NCBI GenBank assembly: GCA_963817525.1
Contig: CAWFOU010000001.1
Span: 448,001 to 512,000 of the forward strand
Length of the DNA: 64,000 nt
Direction of reading: 5' to 3'
Source of the DNA: an uncultured archaeon
GTDB taxonomy: Archaea; Thermoproteota; Nitrososphaeria; Nitrososphaerales; Gagatemarchaeaceae
In this document: piece after piece, positions 8,963 to 18,694 of the stretch
Numbering within the stretch: position 1 is the stretch's first letter
How the letters are laid out: the number at the start of each line of letters is the position of its first letter
The notes under the pieces: model-generated
Told to the model about the DNA's origin: nothing
The model's database searches: none
What the model saw: the letters and a program-made list of their open reading frames with translations, nothing else
Made by a program: the position numbers and the translations under genes

Positions 8963-9697
8963 TCAGGAGATGCTGAACGCGATGGTGACCACCAGCGTGT
9001 CGCCGGGTGACACGGGGGGAATGGCGCCGCCACCGAGCGTGCAACCTACGCCAGTTTCCGGATTACCACCAGCGTAGGCGTGAGTGCACAGTTCGTCGAA
9101 CGGAACGATGCCCGACCCACCACCCGCATTAATTCCCGCGACGACATCCTCTACGTGACAAGAAGTTCCGCAGTTCAATGCAGTGAAGGTAGAAACTGGG
9201 AATATGGCTAGGGTACTCCATCCGGTGCATGGGGGCGTCGATATAGCGAAGTTAGAGGGGTTTGTAACGCTGCATCCGGCCGGGGTGATAGAATTCGTCG
9301 CCGACGCAATTCTCAATGTGCAATCGGAAAGAATTGCTGCATAGCTGCACGTACCCGAAGGGTTGTCGAACGATATTTCGATGCCGTTTATCCAGGACGA
9401 ACATGTGCCAAAGAACCAAGGAGTTGTCGAACCGCCATCGCTTCCCGTCACGCAGCTGACAATGGCATTCATCCCGATGTTGGTCAATGGGTCCTGACCG
9501 TTCCATGTGGAGACAATCTTGCCATTGGCTCCAATTACCCTGATTGTTTCTGTACCTGAGATAGCTAGAGGCTGCTTTTGGGTCCCCGACGTTGTACCGG
9601 AAAACACGTTGGCGAAAATCGTGGTCCCGAGCAGAATCCCGACCACGACACTTCCGGCGATTGCTAGACCGACCTTAGTTCTGGATGAAGCCTTCAT
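8963..9697 (-). CDS. Secreted Cys-rich hypothetical protein
   Basis: N-terminal TM/signal segment, many Cys, C-terminal V.PGDTL.VT motif. Confidence 0.7.
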   Translation of the reverse strand: MKASSRTKVGLAIAGSVVVGILLGTTIFANVFSGTTSGTQKQPLAISGTETIRVIGANGKIVSTWNGQDPLTNIGMNAIVSCVTGSDGGSTTPWFFGTCSSWINGIEISFDNPSGTCSYAAILSDCTLRIASATNSITPAGCSVTNPSNFAISTPPCTGWSTLAIFPVSTFTALNCGTSCHVEDVVAGINAGGGSGIVPFDELCTHAYAGGNPETGVGCTLGGGAIPPVSPGDTLVVTIAFSIS

Positions 9698-9998
9698 CGA
9701 AGCTTCACAAGATGGGTCCAGTAGTTAAGTGCTCGTTTGGGCTTGGTTTGGCGATCTTTCATCGTCAGGTGACGCACGACAGTTCAGCACGTCACTACCC
9801 GATTGCGCGAGAGAGCATGGCCTTCGGGCCCTATCCCTAGGATTGGCGAAGGTGGGGTGCAATCCCAGCCCCTCGCTCATTTTGAGTTCTGAAGAGCAAT
9901 CGTTGAGATGCACCATGGTCTACAAGAACGTAGCCAATCGTTACAACGCTAATATTCATTACAGGCATAAGTCCACAGAGTTCAACTGTGGCAGATTG

Positions 9999-10544
9999 AT
10001 GAACGAACACAGCAAAGAGGAAGAAATCCGGGCCGTGGCTGATCTCGAGTCGATAAGAGAATGGTTTAGCTATAACGACCATGTCAGGAAGAAGTATCTG
10101 AAGGCTTTGGAGTCACTATCTGGTGAGCAACTGATGAAAGACAGGGGTGCTTCCTTTCCCTCGCTTCTTGACATCTCGGCGCACATTTTCTTCGCGTATC
10201 GGTTGTGGCTTATTGAGAGGTACGGTGGAGTTCCACTGGATGAGAGCGACTCCTTTGGGAGAAAGTGTGCCTCGATTGAGGATCTAAAAACTGATGCAGA
10301 AAAGATGAATCCCTACATCTTAGATTTCGTCCAGAAATTGCAACCGCAGGATCTCGGCCGCTGGATAGAGCGACCCAGAAATGGAGACTCGTTCAGTTTC
10401 AACGTGAAGAACATGTTGTGGCATCTGATCGAAGAAGAATTGCAACACAGGGGTGAGATCAACGCACTGCTCTGGCAGTCGGATATTGACCCACCGATTA
10501 CCGGCTGGGGAACTTGGAAACGAGAGACGGGATCAAGTGCCTGA
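9999..10544 (+). CDS. DinB/YfiT family protein
   Basis: YN...R, FPSLLD..AHI and HLIEEELQHRGEI motifs. Confidence 0.85.
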   Translation: MNEHSKEEEIRAVADLESIREWFSYNDHVRKKYLKALESLSGEQLMKDRGASFPSLLDISAHIFFAYRLWLIERYGGVPLDESDSFGRKCASIEDLKTDAEKMNPYILDFVQKLQPQDLGRWIERPRNGDSFSFNVKNMLWHLIEEELQHRGEINALLWQSDIDPPITGWGTWKRETGSSA

Positions 10545-10620
10545 GAAGACTCAGGCGCGCCGGTCTTCTGTCTAGGTATGGTATGCCCGAAATTCGATAG
10601 AGGGGTTAGATGTCCGAGAC

Positions 10621-11982
10621 TTAGGGAGTGAGCCGCAGCTTGTCCCTGGGGTAGAGGGTTACCTCCCTGATGTTCTCCTCCCCGGCCAGCACCATGGTGA
10701 GCCTCTCGAGGCCAAGGCCGAACCCGGCGTGCGGAGGCATGCCATAGTCGAAGACCTTGAGGTGGTGCTCAAAGGCCTGGGGCTTGAGCTTCTGCTCCTT
10801 GAGCCTCTTCACCAAGAGGGCCTTCGAGCTCACTCTCGACCCGCCTGATGCGAGCTCCAGGGGGCCGTTCATCAGGTCGAAGGATTCGCTGGTCTTCGGG
10901 TCTTCGTCCCTGGGCTTGATGTAGAAGGGCTTGGTCTGCGTCGGCCAGTCGGTGATGAAATAGAAGGAAGGGTGCTCCTTCCCAAGCCTCTCGGTCGTCG
11001 GGCCGGTCAGGTCCTCGCCCCAGGAGACCTCCTCCCCCTCTTTCGCCAGGTGCTTCACCACGTCGTCGTAGCGGAGGCGCTCGAACTTGTCGGGAGCGCC
11101 GAGGGTGGAGCGGCCTAGCTCCTCTAGCTCCTTCGCGCAGTCGGCCTTCACCGACGCGATGACGTGCTTGACCAGCCCTTCGAGGGTGTCCATCACGTCG
11201 TTGTAGTCGACGAACGCCTCCTCGATGTCTATGGAGGTTATCTCGCTGAGATGCCTCTGGGTCCGCGACTCCTCGGCCCGGAAGACCGGGCCTATCTCGT
11301 ATACCTTCTCGAATGGGAGGACGAGCTCCTCTTTGTAGAGCTGGGGGCTCTGGGCCAAGAAGGAAGGTCGGTTGTAATAGAGGACGGAGAAGAGCGACGC
11401 CCCGCCCTCCGTGGCCGTGGAGATCAGCTTCGGCGTCCTGACCTCCAGGTACCCCTTGCCAGAAAGGAACTGCCTCACCGAGGAGAGCACCTTCCGCTGC
11501 ACCTTGAACGTGGCCTGGGCCCTTTCCCTCCTGAGGTCGACGGCGCGAATGTCCAGCCTCTTGTCAAGGGAGGGGGTCTCGCCGCCGTAGACGCTGAAAG
11601 AGGGCGTCTCCGTGGCGATGCTGAGGACCTTCAACTCCTCTGGCACCACCTCGGCCCCGTTCGGGGCCTTGGCCATGGCCTTCACGACCCCCTTGACCGC
11701 CACGCTGCTGTGGGGCTTGAGAACCTCGAGCCTGGCTAGGGTCTCCTTGCTCGCCTTACCCTTGTTCACGGTGACCTGGACATTTCCGTCGCGGTCGGTG
11801 AGCATGATGAAGACGATCCCGCCCTGCGTCCGGATGCTGCTCACCCAGCCGAAGACCACCACGCTCTTGCCGTCGAGGTCGGGCGTGATCTGAATGGAGT
11901 AGTGCGTCCGCCTCCATCCGCCCAACCCCTCCTCTAGTTTCGCCAGGCCGCTATCACTTTGGTGCACGACCGCGACTTGCAA
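10621..11982 (-). CDS. aspS: Aspartyl-tRNA synthetase, archaeal type (probably non-discriminating); start uncertain
   Basis: TEGGA, LAQSPQLYK, FRAEES...HLSE and YGMPPHAGFGLGLER; near gatCAB. Confidence 0.95.
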   Translation of the reverse strand: MQVAVVHQSDSGLAKLEEGLGGWRRTHYSIQITPDLDGKSVVVFGWVSSIRTQGGIVFIMLTDRDGNVQVTVNKGKASKETLARLEVLKPHSSVAVKGVVKAMAKAPNGAEVVPEELKVLSIATETPSFSVYGGETPSLDKRLDIRAVDLRRERAQATFKVQRKVLSSVRQFLSGKGYLEVRTPKLISTATEGGASLFSVLYYNRPSFLAQSPQLYKEELVLPFEKVYEIGPVFRAEESRTQRHLSEITSIDIEEAFVDYNDVMDTLEGLVKHVIASVKADCAKELEELGRSTLGAPDKFERLRYDDVVKHLAKEGEEVSWGEDLTGPTTERLGKEHPSFYFITDWPTQTKPFYIKPRDEDPKTSESFDLMNGPLELASGGSRVSSKALLVKRLKEQKLKPQAFEHHLKVFDYGMPPHAGFGLGLERLTMVLAGEENIREVTLYPRDKLRLTP

Positions 11983-12113
11983 ATCCTATAAAACTCTTCG
12001 AGTATCGTTCTGGCCGCGGTCTCGTTCAGTCCACCCCTGAGACAGGGCACGATATCCGACGGAACAAACGCTATAAACAATTTCGCCCATCTAACTTAGG
12101 AGGTTCTACAAGC

Positions 12114-12770
12114 TTGAGCGAAGGCTCAGAACCCGAAGGCGCGCCCGACCAGAAGAAGAGGGACTTCCTGAAGGCCGCTGCCATTGCCTCCGCGGCCCTT
12201 GCGCTGGGCGGCGTCAGCGCCATCGTCGGAGACACGGTCTTCAAGACGAGCCAAGAGGAGACCACCTCGAGCGTCGCATTCCCTCGAGTCAGGGTCGTGG
12301 ACGAGGGCACCGGCCAGGTCGCCAACGTGAAGACGCTCCAGACAAACAGCCCCTTGAGATTCAGCTACCCCCTGACCGTCCAGCCTAGCCTCTTGGTAAA
12401 GCTCGGGGAGAAGGTCGAGGACGGCGTGGGGCCGGACGGCGACATCGTGGCTTTCAGCAGCATCTGCCAGCACCTTGGGTGCATCCTCTCTTTCCTCCCC
12501 GCGGGACAATCTGTCTACCCGGAGTACTGGACGGCCAAGGGGCCCTCGCTGTATTGCCAATGCCATTTCGCCGCGTATGACCTCCTGGACGACGGCGCCC
12601 TGATATGGCCTAGCCAAGCCCCACGCCCTGTCCCGCGGGTGATACTCGAGGTCGATGCAAAGTCCGGCGACGTCTACGCCACGGGGATGACGCTTCCGCT
12701 CATCTACGGCTTCGGGCAAGGATCTTCGACCGACCTGTCGTTGGACCTGCAGGGAGGGCCTTTGGCCTAG
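12114..12770 (+). CDS. Tat-exported Rieske [2Fe-2S] protein, AioB-like
   Basis: KRDFLK plus TM segment; CQHLGC and CQCH ligands; LVKLG..V..GVGPDGDIVAFS motif. Confidence 0.85.
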   Translation: MSEGSEPEGAPDQKKRDFLKAAAIASAALALGGVSAIVGDTVFKTSQEETTSSVAFPRVRVVDEGTGQVANVKTLQTNSPLRFSYPLTVQPSLLVKLGEKVEDGVGPDGDIVAFSSICQHLGCILSFLPAGQSVYPEYWTAKGPSLYCQCHFAAYDLLDDGALIWPSQAPRPVPRVILEVDAKSGDVYATGMTLPLIYGFGQGSSTDLSLDLQGGPLA

Positions 12771-12845
12771 CCCTATCGATGATTCGCCATATGGACCGGT
12801 GAAACGCTTAAGAGAGGCCCGGCCCCTTTTTTCAACCGGAAACGG

Positions 12846-13886
12846 TTGGATTTTCACTCGCAAATTCCCGACAGCCTGAGCGCGGTGCCCCCCGGGAGGC
12901 TGGCCGACTCGTTCGGGCGGTTCGCGAGCAAGCTCAGGGTCTCGGTCACCGACAGGTGCAACTTCCGGTGCGACTTTTGCATGCCGGACAAGCCGGCGTG
13001 GCTCGAGCATTCGGAGCTCCTGACCTTCGAGGAGATGGCCCGGGTCACCGGGATCCTCGCCACGATGGGGGTGGAGAAGGTCCGGGTCAGCGGGGGCGAG
13101 CCTCTGGTGAGGAAGGACGTGGAGGACCTCGTGGGGATGCTCGCGAGGGTGCACGGGATAAGGAGCGTCGCGATGACGACCAACGGCGCCCTGCTCGAGG
13201 AGAAGGCCTCGGCGCTGAAGAGCAACGGGCTGAAGGGGGTGACGGTGAGCCTCCACAGCCTGAAGCCGGAGCTCTACGACCAGATCACAGGGACGAAGGA
13301 CATGTTCTCAAGGGTGATGCGCGGGATCCAGGAGGCGGAGAGGGTGGGGCTCGGCCCGGTCAAGATCAACTGCGTGGTGACGCGGGGGTGCAACGAAGGC
13401 GAGATCCTCGACTTTGCCAGGATGGCCCACGACGCCGGCCGAAACGTGAGGTTCATCGAGTACATGCCCTTCGACGGGAGCAAGTTTTGGGACACCGCGA
13501 TGGTCGTCCCTGGGAGCGAGATAGTCGAGACGATATCCAAGACTTACGGGCTCGAGCCCGTGAAGAGCGAGCACGGCTCGACCTCCAGCAACTACAGGTT
13601 CAGGGACGGCTCCCAGGGGAGCATAGGCACCATCACCTCCATGTCCAAGCCGTTCTGTGGGGACTGTGACAGGATCCGCCTGAAGGCGAACGGCAACCTG
13701 GTCCCCTGCCTGTTCAGCGTCGCCGAATACGACCTCAAGCACCTGCTCCGCGGGGGAGCTTCGGACGAGGAGATAGAGGAGGCGGTCCGAAGGGCGTTCT
13801 GGCAGAAGTTCGAGGGGGTCGGCAGCCTGATGGAGAACAAGGTGGAGGTGAGGCACGTCAGGCCGATGTACACGATCGGCGGATGA
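12846..13886 (+). CDS. moaA: GTP 3',8-cyclase (radical SAM)
   Basis: CNFRCDFC, SGGEPL, RFIEYMP, FCGDCDRIRL and C-terminal IGG. Confidence 0.96.
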   Translation: MDFHSQIPDSLSAVPPGRLADSFGRFASKLRVSVTDRCNFRCDFCMPDKPAWLEHSELLTFEEMARVTGILATMGVEKVRVSGGEPLVRKDVEDLVGMLARVHGIRSVAMTTNGALLEEKASALKSNGLKGVTVSLHSLKPELYDQITGTKDMFSRVMRGIQEAERVGLGPVKINCVVTRGCNEGEILDFARMAHDAGRNVRFIEYMPFDGSKFWDTAMVVPGSEIVETISKTYGLEPVKSEHGSTSSNYRFRDGSQGSIGTITSMSKPFCGDCDRIRLKANGNLVPCLFSVAEYDLKHLLRGGASDEEIEEAVRRAFWQKFEGVGSLMENKVEVRHVRPMYTIGG

Positions 13887-13896
13887 TCCCTAGAAG

Positions 13897-14148
13897 ATGC
13901 CGATCCGCGTCAGGGTGCTCTACTTCGGCCAGGCGAGGGACGCCGCAGGGAGAGGCGAAGAGGTGGTGTCCCTCCCCAGCGCCTCGTCTGTGGGGGCCTT
14001 GGTAGACCGCTCGTTGAAAGCGCATCAGCGGCTCCGGACGATGTCGGCGGCGATGCGCGTCGCGGTCAACGAGGAGATAGCGGAGAGAGACGACCGCCTG
14101 GCAGAGGGAGACGTCGTCGCATTCCTCCCGCCCGTGGCAGGTGGTTGA
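13897..14148 (+). CDS. moaD: Molybdopterin synthase sulfur carrier
   Basis: V.VLYF, AVN and C-terminal PPVAGG. Confidence 0.95.
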   Translation: MPIRVRVLYFGQARDAAGRGEEVVSLPSASSVGALVDRSLKAHQRLRTMSAAMRVAVNEEIAERDDRLAEGDVVAFLPPVAGG

Positions 14149-14202
14149 ACGGCCTCTCGCGTCGAGCGAAGGCTGACGCGGAGGAAGATCGACCCCGCGA
14201 CC

Positions 14203-14688
14203 GTGCTAAAGTCGGTGGAAGACCCCGGGGCTGGGGCGGTCGTCCTGTTCCTAGGGACTGTCAGGGACAACAACGAGGCGGGCCGGGTGGACAGGATAGT
14301 GTACGAGGCCTACGACCCGATGGCTGAAAAGGCGCTCGCGAGGACCGAGGATGAGGTGAGGCGGATGTGGCCGGAGACCAAGGCGGTGAAGATAGTGCAC
14401 AGACTGGGCGACCTTGCTGTGGGAGATGTCAGCGTCGCGGTAGCGGTCTCTTCGGCGCACCGGGCAGACGCGTTCGAGGCATGCCGCCACGCCATCGAGG
14501 CGATAAAGCACGATGTCCCCATGTGGAAGCGGGAAAGGCTGAGCGGTGGGGAAGAGGTGTGGGTCGAGGGAAGCCCCCTCGGGGCAAGGATGGGAGCCCG
14601 AGGCAGGCGGGGCAACCGCAGCACCGAGGTGAATCCCAGGAAACCCTCCAAGCGAGAAAAGACCAAATCGATCTCGCTTCACGGATGA
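14203..14688 (+). CDS. moaE: Molybdopterin synthase catalytic subunit (true start probably ~14145-14173)
   Basis: GAVVLFLGTVR, YEAY, HRLG, SSAHR and P.WKRE. Confidence 0.93.
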   Translation: MLKSVEDPGAGAVVLFLGTVRDNNEAGRVDRIVYEAYDPMAEKALARTEDEVRRMWPETKAVKIVHRLGDLAVGDVSVAVAVSSAHRADAFEACRHAIEAIKHDVPMWKRERLSGGEEVWVEGSPLGARMGARGRRGNRSTEVNPRKPSKREKTKSISLHG

Positions 14689-14839
14689 AGGAGGTCGTCG
14701 ATACGGCTGAAGGGTTCGACGGGACAGCGGAGATCTGCCATTACGCCCGAGACCCTCTCGCCGAGGAAGCTCTCGACGCTGCCCCTCACATCCTCAACAG
14801 AGACGGCTGCAGGCGGCTGCCCCATTGAGCCGCCTGTAG

Positions 14840-15040
14840 CTAGTCTGCCTTCTCCATCAAGACGAAGGTCGTGGCGCCGCCAGGACTTCCCAGAAAGCCC
14901 TGGCCGACCCCCCAGCATTGTACTACGCGATATCCGTGGGCGGCTCTTGTATCCAGCGCTTGCAGGAGCGTCTCGCACCTGCCCGACTCTGCCAGTATTA
15001 CAAATCGCTTGCTGGGCGACTCGGTTGTGAATCCTGCCAT
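14840..15040 (-). CDS. Small hypothetical protein (DUF4177-like)
   Basis: L...A..GYRVV..(G-rich)..VLMEK pattern. Confidence 0.5.
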   Translation of the reverse strand: MAGFTTESPSKRFVILAESGRCETLLQALDTRAAHGYRVVQCWGVGQGFLGSPGGATTFVLMEKAD

Positions 15041-15186
15041 GCGAATCTCGTCTTTCCCGGCGCCGCCCCCCAATAATCCTTCTGTCTCTCCTTGACTCCT
15101 TTACGCCCCCCCGGGGAGTCTACCCTCGAGCACTCACACCTACGGCATATGGATTTAGCCATGCGCCCCTGTGGTCGAGCGGCGAA

Positions 15187-16458
15187 TTGCCCGACCAATT
15201 CCAGTACGCCCCACTCGACGAAGCGCTGCGGACTCTCGCGAACGCTCTGGGCCCGAAGTCGAGGGCGGAGACCGTGGACGTGAGGGAGGCGTACGGAAGG
15301 GTCATTGCAAAGGACGTCTTCGCGAGGGAGGACGCGCCGAGAAGGGACGCGTCCCACTTCGATGGGTTCGCGGTGATTTCAGAGGACACGCTTCGCGCCG
15401 CGCCCGACTCCCCCGTCATCTTGAAAATGAAGCGTGGAGCGAGCAGGCCGGGGCGGCTCCCAGCCGAGAGGCTGGCGCGATGGGAGGCCATGGAAGTGCT
15501 GACGGGGGGCTACCTTCCTCATGGCGCGGACGCGGTAGTCCCACTCGAGGAGGCCTCGTTTAAGGGGGGAAAGCTCCTCGTGAAGCGGCCTGTCGAGAAG
15601 GGCGGCCACGTCTACCCTGCTGGCGCCGACGTCAAGAAGGGCGAGCGAGTCTTGGAGCGGGGGAGGACCCTCATGGGGCAGGACCTCGTTCTCCTCGCGT
15701 CGCTTCGCTTCAAGAGCGTAGCCGCTTTCAAGAGGCCCAGGGTGGCCATCCTCCCGACGGGGAGCGAGCTCACTGCCCGTATGGGCGACGAGCGCAGCGG
15801 GAAGGTCGTCGAGTCGCACAGCCTTCTCCTCGATAAGCTGGTCAAGGAGGCCGGCGGGGAGCCGGCTACCTTTCCCATAGTCCCAGACGACAAGCGAGCG
15901 CTCTCGCGTGCCCTCGCCCGCGCGCTGAAGGAGAGCGAGGTGGTCTTCACGCTTGCGGGCTCCTCGGTCGGTGGGCCTGACCTCGTGGACTCCACGATAC
16001 GGGGGTTCGGGAAGGCGACGACCGCCCTGATCCACGGACTCAGGGTCAACAGGGGGAGGGTGATGGGTTTCGCGGTGGTACGGGGGAAGCCCGTGGTCAT
16101 CCTGCCCGGGCCCATCCAAGGCGCGCTCAACGCCTTCATCGTCCTCGGGTACCCGCTAGTAAGGTATCACCTGGGGATGGGGTGGGAGGAACCGCCGGCT
16201 GTCGCGGCCGCGATGGCGGCTGACTGGGACGCCACGGGCAAGTTCAAAGACTTTGACCAGATTGTGTACCTGCGGCTCACGAGGGACCCCGGCAGTCCCG
16301 ACGGCCTGCTCGCCACGCCCTCGACCGGCGATACCGAGAAGGTGAGCTTCCTGGTCTCGAAGAACGCCTACGCCTTCGTCGCCGGCGAAAACCCCCACCT
16401 GGCGAAGGGAGACCGGATACAAGCCCGCCTTCTCCCTGGCTTCTCAAGGCTCGAGTAG
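15187..16458 (+). CDS. moeA: Molybdopterin molybdotransferase
   Basis: GRVIAKDV, DGFAV, TGG.LP.GADAVV, PTGSEL and GSSVG. Confidence 0.93.
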   Translation: MPDQFQYAPLDEALRTLANALGPKSRAETVDVREAYGRVIAKDVFAREDAPRRDASHFDGFAVISEDTLRAAPDSPVILKMKRGASRPGRLPAERLARWEAMEVLTGGYLPHGADAVVPLEEASFKGGKLLVKRPVEKGGHVYPAGADVKKGERVLERGRTLMGQDLVLLASLRFKSVAAFKRPRVAILPTGSELTARMGDERSGKVVESHSLLLDKLVKEAGGEPATFPIVPDDKRALSRALARALKESEVVFTLAGSSVGGPDLVDSTIRGFGKATTALIHGLRVNRGRVMGFAVVRGKPVVILPGPIQGALNAFIVLGYPLVRYHLGMGWEEPPAVAAAMAADWDATGKFKDFDQIVYLRLTRDPGSPDGLLATPSTGDTEKVSFLVSKNAYAFVAGENPHLAKGDRIQARLLPGFSRLE

Positions 16459-17091
16459 CCGGCGCACCACCTCGAGGTCGTGCGGGGTGTCCACGTCCCC
16501 GAGCCTTAGGGGCGACCTGACCCTGACGAGAGAAACGCTGTCCATGTGCTTCTCTATCACTGATCTTGCTCCCTGGTCTCCGCGCAGCGCTGAGAGCTCT
16601 GAGAAGTATATCCTGGAGAAGACGGCCGGGGGGGCCACCACGCCTCCCCGAGCGGCCGCCACGATTCCCTTTGACCCGCGCGCCTCAAAGGCGTCAAGCA
16701 TGCCCCGGAGGAACCGCCTCGTGATGAACGGTTGGTCCACAAGGACGATCATGACCGCGTTCGAGCCTGGCGCGACCGCCGAGATGCCTCTCCTGATGGA
16801 AGTGGCCATCCCCTCCCGATAGGCCGGGTTCAAGACCACCTTGACGCCCCGCCTCGTGCCGACGGCCTTGGAAACCAAAGGCGCTTCATGTCCCACCACG
16901 ACTATCGTCTCCTTCACGCGCGAAGCGGGGACGCTGTCGAGCGCCCTCTCGAGGAGGGTCCTGCCGCCTATTAGCGCGAGCTGCTTCGTCCGGAGGAAGC
17001 GGGAAGACGTGCCGGCTGCCAGCAGGACGGCCGAGGGCCCGGGGCCCGCGGTCGCCCCTCTCGTCCCAGCCCCCCGCGGTGTCGACCCCAC
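16444..17091 (-). CDS. MocA/MobA-like nucleotidyltransferase (Moco cytidylyltransferase-like)
   Basis: LLAAG.SSR...KQL, NP.Y.EGM.TSI, DQP, GDQGAR and DVDTP. Confidence 0.85.
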   Translation of the reverse strand: MGSTPRGAGTRGATAGPGPSAVLLAAGTSSRFLRTKQLALIGGRTLLERALDSVPASRVKETIVVVGHEAPLVSKAVGTRRGVKVVLNPAYREGMATSIRRGISAVAPGSNAVMIVLVDQPFITRRFLRGMLDAFEARGSKGIVAAARGGVVAPPAVFSRIYFSELSALRGDQGARSVIEKHMDSVSLVRVRSPLRLGDVDTPHDLEVVRRLLEP

Positions 17092-17169
17092 ATCAGGCGC
17101 CTCGCTTCGGACGGGACAGGGGGAGCAATAATATATCTCCCCGTAAGGGGCTGGAAGCGAATTCAGACA

Positions 17170-17367
17170 ATGCCGCTCCAAGTCCGTTCAAAGGAAGAGG
17201 CCGAGGGCCTGGTCGAAAAGGCCACCGAGATCAGGGTCGTGAAGGGCAAGGGCGACAGCGTCAAGCTGAAGCTGAGGACCCCGAAGGCCCTCTACACGTT
17301 CGTGACGACGGCCGACGAAGCGACCGCCATGACGAAGGGCGTCAAGACGCCCATAATCGACTTTTAG
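17170..17367 (+). CDS. rpl38e: Ribosomal protein eL38 (L38e)
   Basis: MP..V....E, R.VK..D.VKLKLRT...LYT signature; 65 aa. Confidence 0.8.
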   Translation: MPLQVRSKEEAEGLVEKATEIRVVKGKGDSVKLKLRTPKALYTFVTTADEATAMTKGVKTPIIDF

Positions 17368-17489
17368 CGCCACGATTTCGAGGGCGGTGCGAAGCTGCGT
17401 GTCAATCCGTCGCTTCTCAGAGGTGGCACAAGAACTGGGGGCAGACACGCCTTAAGCGATGCGCGGTGGACGCACGTTAGAACGGAAGC

Positions 17490-18694
17490 TGGCGAAGGGG
17501 TGTTTAAATATGGAAATCCGTTAATATACGGATGCTCACCAGTCTCAAGTTTCGACTATATCCGACAGCGTTGCAAACAAGGATGATGCACGAGACGCTT
17601 GAGACTTGTAGACGGCTCTACAACTCCATGCTCGCGGACAGGATAGAGAACGGGAGGGATTTCTACGAGCAGAAGAGAATGCTCGTGGAATTGAAGACGA
17701 AAGACAAGCATCTCAGGTCAGTCCATTCTCAGGTCTTGCAGGACGTCGTGTTGAGGCTGGACAAGGCCTACCAGGCGTTCTTTGTAGGGTTGAGTAGATC
17801 CCCCAAGTTCAAGAGAAGTGGTCGCTACAAGTCATTCACGTACCCGCAGTCTGGCTTCAAGCTCGAAGGCAACAAAATTAGGCTTAGCACTATTGGAAAT
17901 GTGAGATTGAGGCTTCATCGCGAAGTCACTGAGGCAATAAAGCGGGTCACCGTAGTTAGGGAGATTGACCAGTGGTTCGTGATTTTGTTGATGCAGGCCG
18001 TCCCTATCACAGTTCGGTCAGGAGGCGGCGCAATAGGGGTGGACTTGGGAATCTCGAATCTCATGGCGCTGAGCAACGGGGCACTGATTGCGAGCCCGGG
18101 CTTCTTGAAAAGGTCTAAGAGACTAATAGAAGGGCTCAATAAAGAGGTCTCTGCCAAGAAAAGGGGCTCGAAGAATCGGGAGAAGGCGAAAATGTCCCTT
18201 GCGAAGGCGTGGAGGAAGGTGAGAAGGCAGAGAGAGGATTTCGCCCACAAATTGTCCGACCATCTCACGAAGCGTTACAAACTCATCGTGTTCGAAGACC
18301 TCAAAATCAGAAATATGGTGAAGAACCGCAATCTGGCATCGGCAATAATGGATTCCGGGTGGGGTAGCCTGTGCCAATTAACTGCCTACAAGGCAGAGGC
18401 GCGGGGCGGACGAATGATCTTCGTCGAACCCAAAGGGACATCGCAGAAATGCTCTGGATGCGGAGACGAGGTTCCCAAGGAGCTATCGGAAAGAGTTCAC
18501 GACTGCCCGAGATGCGGGCTGGTCATGGACAGGGATGTGAACGCCGCACGAAACATCCTGAAGCTGGGCCAGGAACTGGCCCGTGTGGAGGAGCGACCTC
18601 TACTTGTCCAACGAAGGAGGGTAAGCAAGTTCGCTCCTATGAATCAAGAAGTTCATGGTATGAAGCACGAGAGCTTCAACCGTGGGTAGTTCAC
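17490..18694 (+). mobile_element. IS1341-like solo tnpB element; right end ...CCGTGGGTAGTTCAC, left end approximate
   Basis: No tnpA; typical IS605-type right end at 18672-18694; lower GC than flanks. Confidence 0.65.
17532..18689 (+). CDS. tnpB: TnpB RNA-guided endonuclease (IS200/IS605 family)
   Basis: KFRLYP, RuvC-I GVDLG, RuvC-II FEDL, Zn finger CSGC/CPRC and RuvC-III DRDVNAARN. Confidence 0.96.
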   Translation: MLTSLKFRLYPTALQTRMMHETLETCRRLYNSMLADRIENGRDFYEQKRMLVELKTKDKHLRSVHSQVLQDVVLRLDKAYQAFFVGLSRSPKFKRSGRYKSFTYPQSGFKLEGNKIRLSTIGNVRLRLHREVTEAIKRVTVVREIDQWFVILLMQAVPITVRSGGGAIGVDLGISNLMALSNGALIASPGFLKRSKRLIEGLNKEVSAKKRGSKNREKAKMSLAKAWRKVRRQREDFAHKLSDHLTKRYKLIVFEDLKIRNMVKNRNLASAIMDSGWGSLCQLTAYKAEARGGRMIFVEPKGTSQKCSGCGDEVPKELSERVHDCPRCGLVMDRDVNAARNILKLGQELARVEERPLLVQRRRVSKFAPMNQEVHGMKHESFNRG

